A DNA stretch of 64,000 bases, taken from assembly GCA_002633005.1 (NCBI GenBank), contig NMRA01000019.1:1065942-1129941 (forward strand), written 5' to 3'. The notes beneath the pieces are model-generated. The model saw only the letters and a program-made list of their open reading frames with translations. It was not told the DNA's origin and searched no databases. Position 1 is the first letter of the stretch, and every line of letters starts with the position of its first letter. Source of the stretch: Phoronis australis. Taxonomy: Eukaryota; Animalia; Phoronida. The position numbers and the translations under genes are program-made. This document shows, in pieces, positions 55,187 to 64,000 of this stretch.

Positions 55187-58100
55187 TCAATATTTCTCTG
55201 CCATGATTGCCACAACTAGGGCTGACCATCCTGTGAATGGATGACATCCCTTGCCCTGTCCAGTCTTGTCATCATACTGCTCCCATATGTAGCCTGTCTG
55301 CCTGTAGTTCTTCAATATATTCTGGACCAGATTCCGCCTGAGATCTGTGTACAAGTTTCGTGCCACCTCTTGGTGAGGGCCAGTAGTGTGTGCGTAGTGG
55401 TGCAGCGCTGAGCAGGCTAGATAATTGACATTGATCCAGATGGCGCCACGCCAGTATGGTGGATCATGCTCCGTGTTATACCTATTATAAAATTTGGAAT
55501 TACGGGCGATCGATCGGAGACCATAGCTCGTCCATAAAAGATTCTGGTCCCTCATATCCTGCAGAATTATTCCTAATTTCTCTGAGGTAGGTTCAATGAT
55601 TTTCAACAGTAATGGAAATAAACTGACATATCCAAAAGAATCAATAAATCTATACTTGGGCTCTTCAACCACATAACGTATTTTGTCTTGCTGTTGAGGA
55701 GGAGGCCTCTGACCTGGTTTTGGTTGTGGGGGAGGCGGCCGTTTGAGCTTGCAATTGTCTGTGTGTAGACCCCAATCCGCGTACATCTTGGTCTTGGGAG
55801 ACCAGTGTAGTGTGTTGAGCAGATCATTATCTGTGAGGTAACGATGTGTGGACTCATAGTCATCCGACGATTCACCTAATGTCTTGGCAATGTCTGTCAT
55901 AACACCTGAATAAAATGAATCATTTGGAGTTATAAAACACTGACTACTTCCCAGGATAGGACACGCACAACAACAAGGCAAAACTAAACAACAAATTAAA
56001 GGAAGTTTTGAACCATAACAAAATTACGCTTACATCTACCTAAAACGTGGACTCCTAGCAGACAAATCATTGGTCTCACCTGACGCCAGCGCCATCCAAC
56101 AGCGGAGATCAAGGTGACGTTCATCGGCAGTGGGATGAGATGCGCGCGGATAGTCATCCAAACCCGATGTCAGAGTCTTTGGGTTCAGCTCTTTGAAAGC
56201 ATCGGGATTTCTTCCACGCCAGTGATATGTGAATGGAGCGACACCTATTTGTGTCGTGTTGAACCAATTAAACCACCTCTTGAGCCGAGGGAATATATTT
56301 TTTAGATACATCTTATCTCTTGGCTTAGCACTGTTAATGAGATCCTTGACAATGTGTTGGAGAGGCAGGAACAATGTTGGTGGATTTGCATTCTCATTTT
56401 TCTGCACAACAAACTCTGCAGGTACTTTAGCACGAGCCTCTGCACCAAGGATCTGCTCCCTGGGTATCCAGCCGTCGACGTTCATCAAATCTAGCCAATG
56501 TCCAACAATGTCCATGGAGATCTCCTGATCCCAGGTACGGATCAAAATGTTGTGGAATCCTTCATCCCACAAGAAGCCTCTCGGGAAAAAAGATCGTGAT
56601 GGAACGCCAGAGTACAATGGAGCTGCCCAATAGGGCACAGGTTCTTTGTTGTATTTCGATTGCACTGCCGACTGTCCATAAAAATATCCAACACCGCCAA
56701 TCATATTACTCAAAGCAGCACGGGCCATTATGATTTCCTCTCTCTGGTAGCCTTTCTGTTCCAGTGCGAATAACTGATTGAACTTCCCTGTGAAGGCAGA
56801 TACCTTTTCACCAAACAGCTTATTGAATTCTTCCCCAATTAGCGGGTTGGGGCGATCTCGTACACTCCCAGAGAGGAACTGTACCTCCATAGTAAATGGG
56901 AGAGAGACAGTGACCTGATGCATGATAAAGTTGGGGCGCGCGTCTCCGTCTTTTGGGAGAACCTGGCCACCAAGAGCAACATAAGACGGTGGAGATCTTT
57001 CCTTCCACTGCTTCATGGTCATACCTGAAACAGAACATAGTTGACACAAAGGGAAACAAGTCATAAAACTTTGATTCACTTCACCAGCCTATGGGCCAAT
57101 GCAAACGTATACCCACGAGTTAACCTATTTGCCTCAACTGAACGATAGATGAGCCGACAGCTCACGTCAGGGTGTGAAAATACAACAACAATGTTCTGGC
57201 CACTAGTTATATAGAATTCAATTGTTCTTGTCTTGACACGAGCTGTCTGCTCAGCTTTCGATCACTTTGGAAATACAGCAATTGAATGAACTAGCCACTG
57301 GTTCATTCAATAGTTCTCAGCTTGTCGTGATTTGTCTTCACAGCTATCGTTCACTTGAGACAGACAGCTCAGTTCATAATTCTCCCCACCTACAGTGGCC
57401 CTACAATACAGGCTTGTGAAGCATAGTCACTTACAACTTTTCATTTTGCCACTCATTTTGCCACTCAAAATTACACCTTTCCTCCTGCTTCCAATACTTG
57501 ACATTATCAATGCATTGCAGCTGAATGCCATGTTAAGCTTCTATCAATATGTTCCCGCATGAATGATACGCTAAGCTTGTTATGTCACACAGACCTTTTT
57601 CAAACCTAGAATGGCACGAATAAAACATAAATCTTATTTCGTTGATGAAATAGTTGCAGTTGCTAAAACAAATAATTTCATCACACTCATTCAGGCTACC
57701 TAAACAACACGCTATCATGGTCACCTAGTTTCTTTCTCAGTTCGTCGACTCAAAAACTCCAGGCCACACTCTCAAGCACAGTGAACCATCTGCCAAACAC
57801 AAGGCCAGCCTCAAAGCTTAGGGACCCAAAAAATCAATCTATGCTCGCACTCAAAAACACTGTGCACGGATTCCAGGCATTCATGCCGTGATGGGTGGTA
57901 AGAGGGACATATTTGTGTGTTGGTGATATATGCTTATGGTATGTGAGTGTTGCAGAGTCAGTACTGGGATCGTGTTTATGAACTACATAACAATTATAAG
58001 AAATTCCATGCATAGATATTCATTTCTAAACTCATTTATTGTTGGCAATTTTTTGTTAAAAACATTAATTGCTTTGTCTAATTAAAATGCCAATCAGGCA

Positions 58101-61100
58101 CTAAGTAAATTCCTTGCAAAACTCAAAACATAACATAGAGCTAGAATAGCATGCGCAGACCTCGAGTCACTTAACAACCTGACAAAAAAATCTGAAAACC
58201 CTTTTTCAAATTAATAATGTAATTGCACCCAAAATAAGTACGCTCAACCATGCAAAGTGGGAAAGTAAACTCTATTGGGATTTTCTACAGTTTTTCACTA
58301 ACAGGCTCCTCAAGCAAATTCCCATGGGTCTATCTTTGGAAATATAGGCCATGAGGGGAGCAAAAATGATTTAAGGGCCACTTATGATTATGTAAGGCCT
58401 TATAGACATGTGTCAGCTTTAATAAAAAAACATTTAGAAAACTGTGTCTGGTTTAAATCACTTAAGTTCACAGTATCGGAAAGTGAAAAGACTGTAGATT
58501 TTGATTTTAGACTTTTACACAATCTGTGTCTTCTTGGTAAAAGTCAAAAGCAATGAAATTAATATTATTAAAAGATGACCAAATTCAATTTGATAATAAT
58601 AAATGTTCAAAACGAAATTTCAAAAATGCTTTACAGTTTTCTAAATCATCATTTGTTTTTGTTTCCTGCAACTTGTTAAAATTTTTTTTCTTGATATCCC
58701 TCGTGCAAAAATGGAACATTTTAATCAGAATTCCTAAAAACGTTTTGGAAAACAGTGCATAAACCACAGTATCCAAAAGTTTCAAATGAACTCATTAAGT
58801 CATTTCTGAGATGTGATGGCCAGAAGACATCCAAATTTGGAATTTTTGTAGGGTCCTGCATAACCTCAAAGAGTTAATAAACTATACTCACCTCTCAGCA
58901 CAGCATCATTCAGCTTGTCCAAACCACTAGCCTGAGTGACCAGGTAGTTAGATGCCTTCAGGTTTGATGTCGACTTGGGGAACTCTATCTTGAACTCTCC
59001 TAACTCCTCAGTTCTCCCCAAGATGGTCGTCAGTCGACCTTTCTCAGTTCTGTAGTCTAGCTCTCCTTGACCATCAAGAGCTGCGTAGAACATGAGCGAC
59101 ACAAATACTGAAGAGTTGTCCTGTACCTGAAACAAACACGTATATGATGAACGAAACAGGGGCACACAAGCAAAGTGGACATACATTTGTAGGTGAGGAG
59201 ATACCACAAACAGACAGTATGCAAAAGCATAACTTTCCAGTCCGTACATGAATTACTAAAAAAGCAACTTTACTTTTGCACTTTTGCACTTAACTGCTAA
59301 TAAATTGACAAAATGAACATTTTCCACACACGTAAGGTTAACTAGGACCTTAATAAACGACCTCAACTCGAAGTCAAACATCAAAAAACTATGCTTTGTC
59401 AATCATTAAAAGTATGTATTTTCTGAAAGGAGAAAGATCAAGGATTCTAAAAACATGCTTCTTACTACCTACCGTGTCTTTATTATTGTCACATGACCAT
59501 GTTTTTAAAGTCAAATTTTCATGTGCAAGAAAGGTACATTCATAGCAAAATAACCCCCAAAAATTAGGTCCAATTCAATTTTTGTGTTTTCTTTGTTAGA
59601 TTGTAAGAGAGAATGAAGAGAACTTTTAACATTAATAATAAAACCATCTTTCTGAAATGCAAAACAACTTCAATTACCCATTTCATCGCACTTGTTTCTG
59701 TCTACCTTCATCTTAAATCCCATTCTTTTATAAGTCACCAGATATACACCCCATAATTGAGAATTTCCAAACGAACCCTTAGACTTTTAGGTTACATTTC
59801 AGGTACAATTTCTTGGAAATTAGGGGTTAAAACAGAAATGGATAAACTTTTCTTCAGATAATTATTATATTTCTGAGCAAACATCTTTATGATAAGGAAA
59901 GGGAACTAATCCTGTCATTAACTTACTTTTGGCACCAAAATATCTGCCTCTAATTAATTTAGGTCAATACCATTGTTCATCTCTGCATTCTGTATCTGCA
60001 TTCTGTATCAAACACAGGGGAGGCTATGTTACTTTGCCTGCAATACCTGAGGTAAGACAGAGAATTTTGCAGTCCAGTCCCCCCCATGGTCACCACCAGG
60101 TCTCTTAACGAAGTCTGTCAGAATGACAAAGTTTCTGTCAACGATTTCTTGACGTCCAAATGACCGCCCATCATGGTGGGTCCAACCATAACGATACAAG
60201 TTGTCACCTGGTGAACAATAAACTAGCTTTAATTTATGAGTGTGTAGATCAGCAACAGTTACACAGTTATCGTAACATCACACCAACGGAGAGGGGGTAC
60301 TTACTAAGAGGTCCTAAATGAAGAATGGGTCCTGTTTCTGTCATATGAACAGCAAAAAGCTGATCAACAACATGACAGAGTCTTGATGATAATGGTCCCA
60401 AGGGAATATCAGTACTGAATGCATCGTTACAGTTGGAAACATCATCTCATTAGGATGTGTTACTGAATTTCAAGCTCCTCATTGAAGTCTGGTGTGAAAC
60501 GGTGAAAATTTGAACCTTAAAAGTTTTGAAAATATGCACATTTTAGAAGGACGTAATAACTTGTAATTTCCCATTTCACACAACCAGTTTGAACTTAAAA
60601 TTGTGTTTGAATTAAGAAAATGGAATTAGTGTCCCAAAAATGTCTAGCAATGTTTTGACTGTGATGCTTCATCAGCACTAGTCTGTAGTTATGCAGATAC
60701 ATTACCCAAAATTCATTACAAAGGTTCAACTTCTTGCTGCATTCTGTCACATTTCGACAGTTCAAGGTTAACAGCTGAATGTTGACACATGCCATTTGCT
60801 TATATTAGGTATGAGCTGGTGAACAAAAGGTACTAGACACAATGGTCTGCAACAGATTATAGTGTCTTATGAGTTACCATAAAATGTTACAGCCCCAAAA
60901 AAGTTTACCTTGCTCGCACCAATGCCTAATAGGTGGAGCCCCCTGTACAACCCCTTGAGTGAACCACATCAGTCCAGTCACAACGGATCGCGGACTACGC
61001 GTCTTCAAGCCAAAGTACGTTCCTGGACGATATGTGCCCCAGAATCTCTCCGGGTCAACGGCAGCTGAAGTTCCGTTCTTTGGAACAACTAACGCCCCCT

Positions 61101-61374
61101 CAAATGGTTGATGGATACGTTCCCTCAACATGTTCTGATACCAGAAATAATACACGAGAGTCGGGGTGATTGTCATGATCAAGATTCCGATGAGTAAACC
61201 AAATTTGTCTAGCCCTGGTGGAGCTGCCTCTGATGACTTCCGTCGCCTCATTGGATGCTTCCGTATCTTGACCACAGGTGTCCCATTCTCCTCTTCCTGG
61301 CCTTCAGTGGGTGTGATACGCTGCCTGACATTTTGGTGCCCCGACTTGGAAAGTGAAGTTTTCTTCTTTCCCAT
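55187..61374 (-). CDS. MOGS: Mannosyl-oligosaccharide glucosidase (ER glucosidase I, GH63), 5 coding exons, 841 aa
   Basis: Exons 61374-60909, 60207-60047, 59126-58892, 57024-56080, 55905-55187 (2526 nt). Type II TM segment (FGLLIGILIMTITPTLVYYFWY), FWGTYRPGTYFGLKTRSP, PSRSFFPRGFLWDEGFH, LTSGLDDYPRASHP, YWRGAIWIN, EQYDDKTGQGKGCHPFTGWS. An in-frame stop upstream of ATG 61374 and an acceptor-like site at 61404 imply an upstream non-coding exon that I could not locate. Confidence 0.96.
57116..57378. mobile_element. Palindromic MITE-like element (MOGS intron)
   Basis: ~50-bp imperfect inverted ends (CTCAACTGAACGATAG...TCACG / CGTGA...CTATCGTTCACTTGAG) and an inner inverted ATTCAATTG / CAATTGAAT. 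Confidence 0.55.
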
Positions 61375-62919
61375 GTCTCCAGGTTTGGACAATCACACCA
61401 GTCCTGTTAAAATAATTCAGTCCGACCATCATACATGAGACATTTAGGGTGATGCATTGACTTCTAAGGAAATGACAATAAGTTAACGAGTGATTGGGAT
61501 TTTCTTTCACTGCTTTTTAGCTGGGGGAACAAAACAACATTGCTTACATAAGAAGCCTTGATTTTTACAGCCGACCTCTCTTGATAAAATGCTTTTAAAG
61601 AAAAATTCCAGACATACCTTTTTAGCTGATCGAATGAAGAAACAGAACCAGAACCAGCACTGAACTTTTGTATGGAAAAAATCCTGATCATGGAAAATAC
61701 GAAAAATTCATGTGATCATCAAGGATTTTTCAAAGATAGTTTTATGATTCTGTCAATATTTAAATAGTTTATTATGAAATTTGATCTTTGGTGACAATGA
61801 TTGGTATTAACGTTAAAAGTCTCAACTAAGATCAAATCTAACGGCTCTTTGGAAGATCTACATATTAATACAGTTGACCTTGTTGCATAACAAATGACTA
61901 CACCATTGTGAATGATTAAACAAGCATGGGTTTTTGAGTCCCCAGTTGCATGAAATGAGTCCCAAATCAGGGACTCAACTAACTTCCCTAAATCGACTGC
62001 ATATATGTGGACTTGTGAAAACACTGCTTCTTATATGCTGTTTCAGTTTCATTACTAAGTCAGTTTTTGGCTTTAATACAAAACAAGAGTGAATTCTACA
62101 TTAGATTCTCAACATTAGTAAAAATAAGTAGCGAAATTTCCATGCAAACGCCCCTAAAATTAAGGAATAAGTCCCTATTTATCTTCATGGACCTGAGTGC
62201 TCAGATTTTAGCAGCCAGCTGTATGAAGACTGTCGTCAAAAAAAAAAAGAAAATATAATCAGTCACAGGAAGCTTACAATAAAGATAATATGATACTAAA
62301 ATATTACATTCGTGAGTAAAGTCTGAAGACCGACACACATACGCAGATAAGCAGATTAAATCTAGGGAGCTAGCCGGTTTAGTTAGCGTCCCTAATTTGG
62401 GACTGATTCTTGCAACATTGCAACCGGGGCCCCAGCCCCCAGTCTGTGAGATCCAATTTGATGTCCGTTATTCATTGGAGAAAACAGGTTGTCAAAATGC
62501 AACTAGTGACAGTGTGCCTACGCCATCAATCATTCTAACACGGCAGCAGATGTAGCATATGAGGTCTACGACTACGGCCACGGTCGCCACGCCACAGAGT
62601 ACGCTGCGAACAGTGCGAATCAAGACGGAGCAGGGTCAAATTGTTGCCACGACAATGAAAGGAGGGCTTAAAAATGACTGACAGAGACTGCAAGCTCCAT
62701 TACCATTGATGCCTACAACGTAATACAACTGTATTTTGCAAAGATTATCGACATTTATCAACAAATTAGATCTACAAACTCACACTCACAAGCCACCGGT
62801 TGAACTCGACGTCGCCACCTTCAGGCGAAATCGAACATATGTAGAGCGCCACGCTTCGGTGTTCTCTTACAGCGCTCTCATTTGCTGGCCGGCGAGGACA
62901 CTGAGTTGCCCCAGGGCTG

Positions 62920-63668
62920 AAGAAGGTATTTCTACGGGACTACTCTGTTAGTAGAAAGGGTTTGATAGATGGAATCAAAAAGTTGTTTAACATAACTGGC
63001 ATGCAATCCCGTTTTCAAAATTTGATTACTTGTAACATAATAGATGCTAAAAACAAACTATTTGAATACGCGAAACCGGCATTGGGCTGAATCTGTTGTA
63101 ACTACTAAAACCCAAGTTAAGAACCTACATTTTACTTAAGCACGAGTTTTTAACTGAGCCGTATGCAAAGATTAATTTATCTCGTTCCGAGCGGTCTCTT
63201 CTGGCTCAGCTTAGAGCAGAAAATCTCTCATTGCACTTAGAAACTGGTGGTTATGTAAACACTCCTGTAAGTGCATGAATTTACTTTGCTTGTGTTAAGA
63301 CTCTGATTCTGTGGAGGATGAGCACTTTGTGTTTGACTGTTCTCATTATAACTCACGGAGGTCTATTCTGTTAAATAATGTTTCACTTCAAATCCCGAAC
63401 TTTGTAGATTTCGGTAGATTAGAGATACGTTAAAACTGCTATTTCAGTACTTCCCTAGACAATTTGCCAAATACATCAAGTCTGCTTTTGAACTTAGAAA
63501 CCGACGCATTTATCAGTGTTAGGCCTACATCTGAGTTGTGTGGTTAAAGTGACTAATAAGCCCAACTTGCCTGGGTTCTTATCTTTCTTACGAATGTTAT
63601 ACCTATAACTGTTTGGTTTAATTGTACTTGTCACTATAATAAATAAATACTAATACTAATACTAATAC
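62920..63668 (+). mobile_element. 5'-truncated non-LTR retrotransposon (CR1/L2-group LINE), decayed ORF2 C-terminus plus 3' tail
   Basis: Frameshifted translation KVFLRDY...PKLRTYILLKHEFLTEPY...RSLLAQLRA...LHLETGGY...VEDEHFVFDCSHYNSRR matches the LINE ORF2 C-terminal KLRTY / ETGRY / EDE.HF...C pattern. Ends in AATAAATAA plus a (TACTAA)n tail. Confidence 0.8.
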
Positions 63669-64000
63669 ACGCAATTTCAGTAACTAGATCAATAAAACAT
63701 ATATCGAACTATTTCGGATGCCGGATTTTCGAACATATGTCAGTTCATTCTCAACATAGAACTGTAGACCGATCGTCCAATTTGACCAAAACTGAGTAAG
63801 AGCGCGCAAGGTACGGCTATACTAGACTGCAGTTGGGGGTAGTTCGGGGAAACTCGGACCGGGCGGTAAAATTCGGATCAGCCGTGTTGACTGCAGGAAC
63901 ATGCACTGATACGCCGTAAAATGTAGCAATTTCGTAAGTTACATTTTACGTTGCTAGGCCCCTCTTAACAACTTGTTACATTTTATGTATTTGTCATATT

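Overview
Eukaryotic (animal, intron-rich, invertebrate-like) genomic DNA, not prokaryotic, so most ORFs in the supplied track are exon fragments or noise. Manual splicing with GT-AG sites and consistent phases gives five genes. (1) The first coding exon of mitoferrin (SLC25A37/28 family, - strand; the rest lies left of the window). (2) Head-to-head with it, a complete 9-exon BOD1/BOD1L1-like gene (+, 1174 aa, with an RS-repeat exon). (3) A complete 12-exon Suppressor of fused gene (SUFU, -, 467 aa). (4) Head-to-head with SUFU, a complete 10-exon Arp1/centractin gene (ACTR1A, +, 376 aa). (5) A complete 5-coding-exon glucosidase I gene (MOGS, -, 841 aa). Introns hold many MITEs (hAT-, PIF/Harbinger- and TTAA/Kolobok-like), a 2.4-kb TA-flanked non-autonomous DNA transposon, a Helentron/HINE-like repeat, a tRNA-derived SINE, minisatellites and a LINE 3' remnant. 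Most notable: the gene set looks like an ancestral block of the vertebrate NK-homeobox paralogon neighbours, including the human SUFU-ACTR1A divergent pair; a co-oriented array of CTCF-consensus motifs sits inside a repeat in SUFU intron 7; the same ~590-bp element lies ~340 bp after the first donor of both BOD1L and SUFU; and three stop-containing decoy copies of the ACTR1A exon-7 acceptor precede the real one, next to an N.
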